A program made the translations under genes and the position numbers. Shown here one piece after another: positions 53,071 to 64,000 of a stretch of 64,000 bases of DNA. Positions within the stretch are counted from its first letter, which is position 1. Every line of letters starts with the position of its first letter. The notes beneath the pieces were generated by a model. It had not been told where the DNA came from. It saw only the letters and a list, made by a program, of their open reading frames with translations, and ran no database searches. This DNA is from Sphyrna mokarran (Eukaryota): the NCBI GenBank assembly GCA_024679065.1, contig JAGIQG010000012.1, positions 54,622,001 through 54,686,000 of the forward strand, read 5' to 3'.

Positions 53071-53706
53071 AAATGATTTGAAGAAAACTGGATGACTTTT
53101 GTGGGACCCCTTTAGAGAGTCACCTCTGTAGATTGCATGACGTTAATGCTGTCAAAGGTTTTGGAGATATTCAAAATATTGACAAATGGTTCAGTAACCA
53201 ATTCAAAGGTTTACAAAAAGGCAATCGCAGTGAACTAACAGAATAGACACTGGATCACAATTCTTGAAACCACATGGTTTTACTCAATTGGGTGACAGTA
53301 AGGAGTCAAACTCAATCCACTTCAGCACTAAGAGGGAAAAGGGAATATGCCACAAGAATATTTTTTTTTGCCGAAAGAGTATTGTTTTGTCAACAGCTCC
53401 AAAATGATTTTGAACCAATTCCATCCTACGCCACCACAATAAATAAATGATTTCCACAAGGATTAACTCAATTATGATTGGAAATAAAATGGATAAGAAA
53501 AACATCCTTCACACACCAAACAAAAATAAACTGTTACCAATTTTTAAGACTCTAATTGGCAAAATGATTTGATTGTCACCATCTTGAGTTGTGTTCTAAA
53601 TCGAAGGCCAGTCAGTATTTATGGTGAGATTGTCATGCTCAACTTCTCTGCAGGCTGGATTGCAGTTGGCTTGCATCTTTTTTTTAAAATGCATATTAGT
53701 CAAATT

Positions 53707-53918
53707 GGGGAGCCAGTTCAGCTCAGTTAGCTGGCCAGCTGGTTTGTAATACATTGGAACACCAGCAGTGTGGATTCATTTCCCGTACTGATGCGAGGTT
53801 ATACACAATCGCCCTGCCTTCTCAGCCTTGCCCCTTACCTGAGGTTTGGTGATCCTCAGGTTAAATTACCACCAGTCTGCTCTTCCCCTCAAAAAGGGAT
53901 TATAGCAACTTTACCTTT
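53707..53918 (+). mobile_element. Second tRNA-derived SINE family (not HE1)
   Basis: tRNA-like head CAGCTCAGTTAGCTGG...GGATTCATTTCCC; hairpin CCTGAGG..TGGTGATCCTCAGG; ACTTTAC end; related head in reverse at 63700-63803. Confidence 0.55.
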
Positions 53919-53979
53919 TTATTAGTCAAATTACTCGCAAGCATTGATATTGGAATTGTTCAATTGTTACGTTGGGTTA

Positions 53980-54535
53980 TATCTTACAATGGAGTATTGT
54001 GCACAGTTCTGGGCGCCGCACAATAGGAAGGATGGGCGCAAACTGGGGAGAATGCAGAAGAGGTTTACAAGAATGATTCCAAGGTTGGATGAGAAACTTC
54101 AGTTACAACGATAGATTGGAGAGGTTGAGACTGTTCTCCTTGGAGACAAGAAGGTTAAGAGGAGATTTGATCGAGGAGTTCAAAATCATGAAGGGCTGCA
54201 CAGAGTAGAAAGGGAGAAACTGTTTCTGCTTGTAAAACGATCAAGAACCAGAGGGCACAGATTTAAAATAATTTGCAAAAAAAGCAAACGTGATGCGAAT
54301 AAAGGTTTTTTTTTAAACACAGCCAGTGGTTTGGGTGTGGAATGCTTTGTCTGGGAGTGTGTTGGAGGCAGGTTCAGTCAAGTCATTCAAATGATGATTA
54401 TCTGAATGTTCTAATGTGCAAGGGTCCAGGAAAAAGGCAGTGAAATGGCACTAAGTCATGATGCTCATTTGGAGAGCTGGTGCAGGTGCCATGGGCCAAA
54501 TGGCCTCTCCTGTGTCATAACTGTGTGATTCTGTA
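53980..54535 (+). mobile_element. CR1 LINE 3' fragment
   Basis: Encodes EYCAQFWAPHNRKD...MQKRFTRMIP...RLERLRLFSLETRRLRGDLIEEFKIMKG...RTRGH. Confidence 0.9.
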
Positions 54536-54799
54536 GAGTGTAATGATCTGGGCAGTGCAGTGCAGCACATCCCAGCAACCTAGGATTGAGAGCTATAGCA
54601 TCTCAGCTACTTTTTTTAACTGCTGTAAACAAGGTAAGTTTAAAGATCCAGCCAGCTTTAAAAGTCCTTGAGAAGTCAAAAAGAAGGGAAATGAGTAGGA
54701 TGGGTGGGAGGGGGGTGCTTGTGGAAATGTGGCTGAGGCCTGTGGAGTATTGTCAGTCCATAGAGTTGGTGGGGTCTTGGACTGACGTTGTGAGCTGAA

Positions 54800-55470
54800 T
54801 ATTGGTGCAAGCCAAGTGAAGGGAAGGAAGGGGTGGTCATGCCTTCCCATGTGGAAGGGCGTCAGGGCCAAGTCAGGCCTTGGGGAAGGGGATATCAGGT
54901 AGAACATTGCAGGGGGGGGTATCAGGCCTTGGGATGTGTTGGGTCGAACTGTGTCGAGTGATGTTGAGTCTGGCCTTGTTGGGAGGGCAAGTTATGTGTG
55001 TCAGGGCTTGTGTAGAGGGGGTATGGGTATGAGTCAGGTCTAGTGTCCGTGAGGTTGAGAGAGTCAGGCTTGGTGAGTAGGGTGGGAGAGTTGGGTCTGG
55101 CAGTTAAGAATCCCATGAGGGGTGGGGAATCCTGAGGTTTGGGGAATTCCCAACCGGGGGGGGGGGGCGTAGTCCTTTGGGGGTGGATGGGGGTGTCCCA
55201 TAAAGAGGTGTGCCCTCGGAATTTAGAAGTGGATGGAGTTCTGTTGGACTGCACAATAGTGACCCAGAAGCAGGAATTGGTTTTAATTCTTCTAACTACA
55301 CATGGATAACTATCGCAAAGTAGTCGGAACCATCCAAAGTTTCTGACTGGAACCACATATTCGGATGGTTCCCACTGCAGGGCGTTTGTCCCCGGGAAAC
55401 TTATTCTTCTCAGGCAATTGCAGCGAAAAACTTTTCTGGGAACTGGTTACCCATTGCATCTCCCCCCACT
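54800..55470 (+). repeat. Unclassified old repeat with G-rich tract, related to 26150-26700
   Basis: Shared core after a long G/T-rich low-complexity tract. Confidence 0.4.
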
Positions 55471-57559
55471 TCCCCCAAATATAATACCATGAAACTCAAA
55501 GTTTGTGGCTCGCTCGCTGTCTTTGCTAGTGATCCATGGTGACAGCGATAGAGCATTAAATATAAAAAATCTGGCAATCGCTCAGATTTTAAAAATTGAG
55601 GCCTCTATCTCATGGGGAAAAGAATTTGTGAAAAAAAAAAGGTGGGCCAGGCGACTGACCTATCTACAAACATGTGTCCTTGCAGGGCTGGTTGAAGGAT
55701 GATGGCAAAAGAGGAAGACAGATGTTATTTAAGTAACTTGTCTTTATTATTATGTACAAGGAAGGTTCTGTTCAAAGGAGGCCTGAAAAGATTTTTGGCC
55801 TGTTGGCTTTCTGAAACCAAGTTCCAAATTTAGCAACTATACTGTATACTGCTGATTTTTATCTTTCCTTAGTTTTTACCACTATAGTTTAAATGCAATC
55901 ATATAATCCACTAATATAGTCCATATTTATGAATTATTTACTGATGCTTTACAGATCTTTGCATTATTGTCAATAAGTTTTTTTTACGATGACCACCTTT
56001 GATTGAAAAGATTTATCATAAAAGAAATGTTAAATCTTTTCCGATGGAACACACATTTTCCCCACCGGCTAACAAACTTACCAATATTAGTCTTGATAAA
56101 TGGTCTGTCTTCGGGAAACAGTGGTGCAGGTTATTGAAATTTGTAGCACGTTTGTAAAGCCATTTAATTCAAAATTTGCAGGAACTACCCAATGTAGCCA
56201 GGCTGTAATCACACGGCAGGAAGCTGGCACCAACACAATGGGACTATCAGCAAGGCTGCACGAAGTGAAGGGAACTCTCCTTGTTTTTAAATGGGCGAGC
56301 CGGAATGAATAAAGGTGTCTGCCGCTAGCAATTTCTTATTCTTTCAATGTAATCATCAATTTGCGCTTCAAGTGGTTCAGCAGATCTACAACTATCTGTG
56401 GCAGCACAGGAAGCCCAGCATGGTAACGTCTCAGCTAATTTAAAGCCCTTGTGTTGTTGAATCAAACCTGACAAGGCACCGGCAAAACAGAAACTATTAT
56501 GCCACGTGAGAATTGGCATCAGGCTGGAATGGTTTGAGGATCTGAGGCACAAGGCATTGCAAAGACAGAAGACATTGATAGTGGTGTTTACAAATATGAG
56601 AAAAGAAGCTTGCGTCAAAGAAAAGTATTTATAAAATTACATCCAGGTCATTTTCTTTAAATCATGTTAGTTTACTCGATCTACTTCAGTTTTCTAAATA
56701 AGCATCCACTCCCTACTGTGCGTTAAGACCGTCACGTTTAGATTTTCCTTCTTTTTGGAACTGCTGGTCCATTTCTTTTTTAGTTTGCATTGGGAACAAA
56801 ATTAACTGAATATTTTTCATTCCCACTTACAGAAGCAACAAACGGGAAATACATATTTGTAATGCATATAATATGCCTACATGGGATTTTTTAAGCGGTG
56901 TACAATTGCTTTCATTTTCGTATACAACCAAAAAGAAAACAAGTAAAACAATTATATGCGGAAAACTTATATTTATATTTTTTAAACTAGAAGAGTCAAA
57001 ACATTTTTATCTCTGAATCATTCAGTTATTTGAATACAGATGAAGGCACATGGTGCTTTCATTTTTCTATACAAATTCACTTACTACGGTCAGTAATTGT
57101 GAATGTATGAGTTGCTAAGTTCTATTGTACCCTGACGAGTAAATTTACATTTCTCCACCTGTACCTAGAGTGAATGAAAAATATTTATGGAATTTTCTCC
57201 AAGAATTATAATGTTTCATGAAAACAGGATTTGTCCTGCTGCGCTAAAATAGCCACTTCTCTCTCGGTTACCATGAAATTTGCTCCCAAGGGTGATCTCA
57301 TTGAATGGTTTCTAATATGTAGAGCTATTGGTATTGCAAGACCATGGTGTACCAGGCACGGTTACTAAGCTTCAGTGGCCTCACCTCACAGAGAGAGCAA
57401 TAGGAGCTGTTGTGCATTGTGCTGCTTTAGCAGTTCACTTGCATTATTAAACATATATGTCATCTGGAAATGAGTTAAAGGCAAAAATTTTAATTCAAAT
57501 GGTATGTGGGATTTGCTTGCACGTGACGCATTGTAAAATATTGAATAGATTTGGACATC

Positions 57560-57697
57560 CTGGGGTGAACTTTTCTCTCCCGCTTGTTGCTCGCAATGGG
57601 AACATAGCAGGCAGGGGGAATAGACCATGCAAATGTCCATTGATATTGGGTGGGATTTTCCAATTTCAGGGCAAGTGTGGTTAGAAAGTCCCCCGCC
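57560..57697. mobile_element. MITE-like element, same family, diverged
   Basis: GGGGTGAACTTTT...GGGTGGGATTTTCC...AGAAAGTCCCCGCCCC; colinear with 35497-35624. Confidence 0.55.
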
Positions 57698-57796
57698 CCC
57701 ACCAGGTTCTTTACATAACAAATAATAACATTGCATTTGTGCCAATGCAGCTTGTACACATTGCATTAAATTTGTGTTAATTGCCCTGCCTAAGAA

Positions 57797-58435
57797 GGAA
57801 AGAAAGATTTGCATTTATATGGCACTGGGCACAATGACTGGACATCTCAAAGTGCTTGACAGCTAATGAAGTAGTTTTAAAGTGTGATCACCATTATAAT
57901 GTAGGAAACAGAGTGGCACAATGGTACAGTGGTTAGCACTGCTGCCTCACAGCGCCAGGGACCTGGGTTCAATTCCGGCCTTGGGTCACTGTCTGTGTGG
58001 AGTTTGCACATTCTCCACATATCTGGGTGGGTTTCCCCCGGTTTCCATTTCCCTCCACTCTCCAAAGGTGTGCACATTAGGTTGATTAGCCATGATAAAT
58101 TAGCCCTTAGTGTCAAAGGGATTAATGGGTTAAGTACAAGGGGTTAAAAGTATTGAGCCACTGTGGGATTGTTATCAGTGCAAGCTTGATGGGCCAAATG
58201 GCCTCCTTCTGCAGTGTAGGGATTCTACAAAACGCAGCAGCCAATGTGTGCACAGCAACTTCGCACAATTAATAATGTGCTAATGACCAGATAATCTGTT
58301 TTTGTGATGTTGAATGAAGGATAAACACTGGTCAGGACATTGAAGATAACTCTTTTGCTCTTCTTCAAGAAAGTGCCATGGGATCTATTATATCTACCCA
58401 AGCAGGCAGATGGGGCCACAGTTTAAGGTCTCAGA
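57797..58435 (-). mobile_element. Deu-domain SINE (SacSINE1/AmnSINE1-like), interrupted by an HE1 SINE
   Basis: AGTGCCATGGGATCT.TT.TATCTACC..AG..GGCAGATGGGGCC..AGTTTAA.GTCTCA Deu-domain text; GAAAGAAAGATTTGCATTTATAT tail. Confidence 0.7.
57911..58227 (+). mobile_element. HE1-type SINE nested in the Deu-SINE
   Basis: GTGGTTAGCACTGCTGCCTCACAGCGCCAGGGAC head to GTAGGGATTCTA tail. Confidence 0.9.
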
Positions 58436-58970
58436 CTAAAGGTACAAAGTAAATGCAATGTCCATTTTATCATAATGCAGAGCTTCTTTCTAAATGTAAG
58501 AGTATTTGAAGAGCTGGATCAAATGGCTGCTAGCTGGCTTAATGACAGGTAGATTAATTGATTAAAAATCATTTAACTGCTGGAAAATGAATGAGCTATA
58601 ATTAATCACTTAAAACACCAGTAGATTTCTGCAACAAAGAGCACTTCAGAACTTCAGAGCGGAAAAAATGAAAAAAAAAGTCTGAAATGACAGGCTAAAA
58701 TCCCAATGTGAGCTCAGGAAGCATAGTAGAACTTATATATGTGAGAAGTTACAAGATCTTAAAATAGTGAAGCCATATATTTTCCCTGAGTGAACAAACA
58801 GGTGATTATTCTCCGCAATACAATAAAGAACTTGCATGTCCTTCCATACAGAAAAGGCTGAGGTGATTCTTAAAGTAGTCATGATGTAGAGATGCCGGCG
58901 TTGGACTGGGGTAAACTCAGTAAAGTTTTACAACACCAATTTTAAATCCAACCAATTTATTTGATAGTAA

Positions 58971-59011
58971 ATCCGCGAGCTTTCGACGCTATGCGCCTTC
59001 GTCAGGCAAAT
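58971..59011 (-). ncRNA. Minimal type I hammerhead ribozyme motif (minus-strand copy)
   Basis: Exact reverse complement of 59055-59095. Confidence 0.72.
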
Positions 59012-59054
59012 CCACACATGTGGATATGAGTGCCTCTGCAGATCAGAACACTGC

Positions 59055-59095
59055 ATTTGCCTGACGAAGGCGCATAGCGTCGAAAGCTCGCGGAT
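59055..59095 (+). ncRNA. Minimal type I hammerhead ribozyme motif
   Basis: AUUUGC-CUGACGA-A-GGCGC(AUA)GCGUC-GAA-AGCU-C-GCGGAU: conserved CUGANGA and GAAA boxes, 5-bp stem II, palindromic AGCU stem III, UH site (predicted cut after C59089), stem I AUUUGC/GCGGAU with two G-U pairs. Confidence 0.75.
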
Positions 59096-59649
59096 TTACT
59101 ATCAAATAAATTGGTTGGATTTAAAATTGGAGTTGTAAAACTTTACTGTGATTCTTAAAACCAGGGGTAACCCATTCATCCTATCCTGTTATTACATTTG
59201 ACACAAAGAAGGAAAGGTGGCCTTAAAATCTTAAAGGTAAAACTTTCAGCCAAGTTACATGTATGTTACACCAAGGCAGGAATTCCAACTAGTATGCTGG
59301 CGGGAATAAAATATCAAGCAACAACATCCAATACAGATATTCTTCCTACCCAACTTGTGTACTGCCACAAATCTGAGGCAGTGCTTTGCACAGTTTATAA
59401 TTTAATATTATTTGCTGGAAACATTTTGCAACACCCAGCAGAAACAGATTTCTTCCATACATCAGGCTTAGATCAAATAACAGTAAATCATACCATGCTA
59501 CGATTATCCTAATAGCAAGTTGCTTTCCTCATCTCCATTTTTATCTTTTGATTAAACTGTGATTGTGTCCTTAGTATTATCGAGGTCTCAGTTACATCTG
59601 GGGTAATCTGAGGGAAGGTTGGTAAATGAACCCTACAACCATCATTTTG

Positions 59650-62600
59650 GATACTATAAAAGGTACCCAAGGTATCGATGGTTGTTAATCAAAGAAGGTT
59701 TCAAAATATCATGATATAAAGGCAGTTGATTGTGATGTAGAATTGGTTTGGGTTGAAATCATGAATAGCGGGGGAAAAAGACAAGGATGGATGTAGTCTG
59801 TAGACCCCCAAAATATGACCTCTCACGATGTCGGAGTATTAATGAGGAAATATCGAGGGCATGTTTGAAGAGAATTGCAATTATCATGACAGATCTTAAT
59901 CTGGATATCGATTAGACAAATCAAACCGGCAAGTATTTGTGGAGTGCATCAGAGTTTGCTTTTGAGAGCAGTACATTGTGGAACTGACCGAGAACAAGCT
60001 ATTTTAGATTTGGTTTTGTGTAATGAAGAAGGATTAATAAGGGAACTTGTGTTTAAAAGATCCCCTAGTGGGTACTAGCACAATATGATAGAATTCCAAA
60101 TAGAGTGTGAAGATAAACATCATAGGTCCATAACCAGTGACTTCAACTTAAATAAGAGCAATTATAATGGTATGAGGAAGGAATTGTTTAAGCTGAACTG
60201 GGTAAAGAAGCTAAGAAAGAGGTCCATAGATGAGCAGTAGCAGATATTCAGGTAGTTGGTCCAAAATGCTTAGCAGGAGTTTATCCCAATTAAAAAGAGG
60301 AATTCGACAAGAGGCAAATCCATGGTTAACAAAGGAGATCAAGGATAATGTTAAAATCAAAAGCAGGATATACAAAGTGGCAAGAATAGTAGTAGACCAG
60401 AGAACAGGGTCCAGCAACAAAGGACTAAGAAGCTCATAAGAAGAAAGAAAATTAATTTTAGAGAAAACTTGCATACAACAGAAATACAAACAGTAAGAGT
60501 TTTGATGGATCTATAAATAGAAAGTGGACAGCTAAGGTAAACGTGGAGCCTCTACTGAATGAGGCGTGCAAATTAATAATAGCAAAGAAATGGAGGATAC
60601 ACTTAATAAATTTTCTGTATCGGTCTCTACTGTGGAAGACATTGCAAATATCCCTAGGATATCAGATGGGCTGATTTCAAATAACATGGTAGAATTTACA
60701 AAAATACCAATTATAAAGGATAGAGTATTAGAGAAACACAAAGGGCTAAAGGTAGACAAGTCACCAGGACCTGATGAACTCCAACTGAGGCTTTAGTGGA
60801 AGTCGCTATGAAGATAATGAACCCATTGGTTGAAATTTTTCGTAACTCGTTAAATTCCAGGACAGCACCAGAAAATTGGAGAACAGTCAATGTGATACCC
60901 TTGTTCAAAAAGGGAGAAAGGCAAAAAGCAGGAACTGAGAGGCCAGTTAGTTTAATGTTTATTGTTTTTGCGAGATGCTAGAGTCAATAACAAAGAGGAA
61001 AAGCTACTCATTAAGGAAAGCTGAATATAATCAAACCTAGTCAACATAGTTTTACAAAAGGTAAGTCATGTTCAACAAATCTGTAGAATTGGTTTGGGTT
61101 GAAATTATGAATAATAGGAGAAGGAAGACAAGGGTGGGTGTAGTCTGTAGACGCCCAAAATATGACTTCTCATGATGTCAGAATATTAATGAGGAAATTT
61201 CGAGGGCATGTTTGAAGAGAACATTATTATGACAGATCTTAATCTGGATATTGATTGGACAAATCAAACGGTCAAGGATTTGTGGAGTGCATCTGAGATT
61301 GCTTTCGAATTTGCTCAAATTGTTTGAGGTTGCAACAAGGAGAGTAGATAGAAAGGAACCTGTAGATGTAGTGTAGTTAGATTTTCAAAAGGCATTTGAC
61401 AGGCTGGTCAAAGAGGCTAGTGCACAAAAAAACCCCATAGAATTGGAGGAAGTGTGTTAGCATGGATTGAAAACTGGCTGTTATATAGAAAACAAAGATT
61501 TGGAATAAATGGGTCCTCTTCAGAGTGGAAATATGTAACTAGGGATCAGTTCTTGGCCCATAATTGTTCATTATTTACATTAATGATCTGGAGGAAGAAA
61601 CAGAATGTAAGGTTTCCAAATTTGTCGATGATATGAAGATAGCTGGAAGGACATGTTGTGATGAGGATATTGTGATTTTGCAATGGGATACAGATAGATT
61701 GGGTGGCTAGGTGAAAACCTGGCAAACAGAGTTTAAATGTGGGGAAGTGTAAGGTCATGCCCTTTGGTACGAGGAATCAAAAGGCAGATTACTATCTAAA
61801 TGGAGACAGGCAGCAGGTGAATGAAATACAGAGAGATCTAAGTGTTCTGGTGCATGAATTACAAAAATCTAGCAGGCAGGTTCAACAAGAAGACAAATAG
61901 CATTTTGGCCTTTATGACAAAGAGATTGAAGTTGAAAAATAGGGGCATTTTGTTGAAATTGAACAAGGTGTTGATGAGGCTTCACCTGGAATACTGTGTG
62001 CTGTTTTGGACAGTTTTTTTTTACAGTTTTAGACAGTAACAGGTTATGATGAGTGGGCAATAAGTGGAGCTAAGTCCATGAAAACATCAGCCATGATCTT
62101 ATTGAATGGCAGAACATGCTTGAGGGGCCAGATGGCCTAGTCCTGCTCCTAGTTCTTATGTTCTATGTCCCCTTATCTAAAAAAAATGCTAACATTGGAA
62201 GCAGTCCAAAGTAGATTCATCAAGCGAATTCCTGGGATGAGGAACTGTCTAGTCTATATATATCTATATGTTTTGGAGTTTAGAAGAGTGAGGGGTGTCA
62301 TTATTCAAACACATAAGATCCTGATTGGGCTTGACAGGGTAGATGGTGAGATGTTTTCACTAGCGGAAGAGTCTCGAACAGAGGGACAGACCCACAAAGC
62401 AAAGGACCAGTCATTTAAAACTGAGATACGTCAAAATTTCTTCTTGAAGAAGGTGGTGAATCTCTGGAGTTCTCTGTACCAAAAGAATGGTGGAGGCGGA
62501 ATCATTTGATGTATTTAAAGTGGAAGTGGATAAATTTTTGACAGATTGAGGAATATAGGGCTATGGGGAAATGGCACAGCAAAGGAGTTGAGGCCGGCAT

Positions 62601-62654
62601 TAACTAGGGACAACCGTATTGAATAGTAGAGCAGGCTTGAAGGGCTTGGTGGCC
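59650..62654 (+). mobile_element. Long decayed CR1 LINE ORF2 (APE endonuclease plus RT plus 3'UTR), with frameshifts and stops
   Basis: Peptides PWLTKEIK, LKVDKSPGPDEL, PENWRTVNVIPLFKKGER, DFQKAFD, AWIENWL..RKQR, SKFVDD, HLEYCV.FW, LEAVQSRF.KRIPGM. Confidence 0.93.
62011..62166 (+). mobile_element. Short CR1 3'-end nested inside the long CR1
   Basis: Interrupts YCV.FW|SPYL; CAGCCATGATCTTATTGAATGGC...GGCCTAGTCCTGCTCCTAGTTCTTATGTTCTATG. Confidence 0.8.
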
Positions 62655-62920
62655 NNNNNNNNNNNNNNNNNNNNNNNNNNNNNNNNNNNNNNNNNNNNNN
62701 NNNNNNNNNNNNNNNNNNNNNNNNNNNNNNNNNNNNNNNNNNNNNNNNNNNNNNNNNNNNNNNNNNNNNNNNNNNNNNNNNNNNNNNNNNNNNNNNNNNN
62801 NNNNNNNNNNNNNNNNNNNNNNNNNNNNNNNNNNNNNNNNNNNNNNNNNNNNNNNNNNNNNNNNNNNNNNNNNNNNNNNNNNNNNNNNNNNNNNNNNNNN
62901 NNNNNNNNNNNNNNNNNNNN
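62655..62920. other. Assembly gap (266 N)
   Basis: Run of N. Confidence 1.
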
Positions 62921-63139
62921 ACTAAATGTGCATTGCCCTTGATGCTGGTTTATAGTACATACAGCAAGCCCAGTATTGTGGAAGTTCGCTCAACCTTCAC
63001 CAACTGGTTCCCCCGTGTTATTTTATCTCAAATTAATAACAGTGGCTAATTTCAAGGGCAAAGAGTCAAATCATATCAATTCTTTAAGCGTGTACATATT
63101 ATAAGGGAACGAAACCTGATAACGATGATATAGTTTATA

Positions 63140-63600
63140 TTAAGAACAGAAAGAATAGGAGCAGGAGTAGACCATACGGCCCTCAAGTCTGCTCCGCCAT
63201 ACAATAAGATCATGGTTGATCTGATGTTGGCTTCAACTCCACTTTGCTGCCTGTTCCCCATAATCCCCAACTCCCCTCCAGTTCCATAATGAAACTCAGC
63301 TTTGAATATCTCGAATGACTCAACTTCCAGAACTCTCGAAGTTGAAAATTAGGACCATTAGAGAGAAGAAACGTTCCCCCACCCCCACTACGCCAACTTT
63401 GTCTTAAGTAGCTGATTCCTTATCCTAAAACTACGCTATCTTCTTTTCAATTTTCCCACAAAGCAAATCTACCAGCATCTACCCTGTCAAGCCACTTCAG
63501 AATCTCTCATATTTCATTCTTCTAAACTTCAGTGAGTCTAATGTGCTCAATGTTTTCATCCCAGGAATCAACCTAGTGAACCTTCTCTGCACCTCTTCAT
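63140..63600 (-). mobile_element. CR1 LINE 3' end
   Basis: AAGAATAGGAGCAGGAGTAGACCAT.CGGCCCTCAAGTCTGCTCCGCCAT.CAATAAGATCATGG ... CCAGGAATCAACCTAGTGAACCTTCTCTGCAC. Confidence 0.85.
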
Positions 63601-63659
63601 GCAAGGACAGCACGTAATTAGCCATTGGCTCTCTCTAGTGGAATGTTAAGTGGTTACAT

Positions 63660-63803
63660 AACTTGTGGGGCACCACTCCCCACCAAGCATCGAACAGGCA
63701 AAGAGGCAGGTCCTAGTTCTACCTCAGCTGGAACAAGAATTGAACTCACACTGTTGGCATTATTCAAAATCATATGCTAGTCACTTAGCCAACTGAACCA
63801 ACC
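63660..63803 (-). mobile_element. tRNA-derived SINE head fragment related to 53707-53918
   Basis: ACCTCAGCTGG.AC..GAATTGAACTCACACTGTTGG...TAGCCAACTGAAC in reverse orientation. Confidence 0.45.
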
Positions 63804-64000
63804 TTAATGCCAGTCTACTCCTCCTTAAATCAGAAGACCAAAACTGTATAACAAAATCGATCAGTGTATTATCCACAGTACGATTCATTTTAAAGTGGTC
63901 TTAAAATAAGCATATGTTAATGACATAACAGGCCTAATAGCCTAATGTTGGACATGTTGACAAGTGGGATAGAAAAGACTCAATTAAATCATGCATTTAT

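Larger units (their letters stand above)
58875..59147. mobile_element. Young non-autonomous Penelope-like (inverted pseudo-LTR) insertion
   Basis: 94-bp inverted arms (58918-59011 / 59055-59148, one mismatch), 43-nt spacer, 43-nt unpaired extension on the left, flanked by direct repeat GTGATTCTTAAA (58863-58874 / 59148-59159); carries hammerhead cores typical of Penelope-like elements. Confidence 0.8.

Noticed and set aside
6300-64000. Upstream non-coding ESRRG exons
   Set aside because: Plausible from mammalian gene structure, but none can be located from sequence alone.

Overview
Eukaryotic genomic DNA, almost certainly a shark (elasmobranch): it carries many HE1-type tRNA-derived SINEs, CR1, L2, Rex1/Babar and RTE LINE relics, a Deu-domain SINE and one assembly gap. 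The only host coding sequence I can support is a 56-nt minus-strand exon at 5845-5900 encoding MDLVELCLPESFSLHYDE(E), the first coding exon of ESRRG (estrogen-related receptor gamma); it is too short for the ORF track. Bases 1-5844 are therefore ESRRG intron sequence and 5901-64000 are 5'UTR, promoter and upstream (possibly 5'UTR-intron) sequence. The first ~9.4 kb has no recognisable transposons, while the distal half is a nest of them, including a decayed Gypsy element inserted in an L2. The most striking structure is a young ~270-bp Penelope-type insertion (58875-59147): a 93/94-identical inverted repeat with a complete minimal hammerhead ribozyme motif on each strand, flanked by a 12-bp target-site duplication. 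Also notable are a strong-Kozak overlapping uORF and a tandem splice donor at ESRRG exon 1, and three locally templated duplications. Repeat boundaries were read by eye and are approximate; family names and human comparisons are from recall, not database searches.
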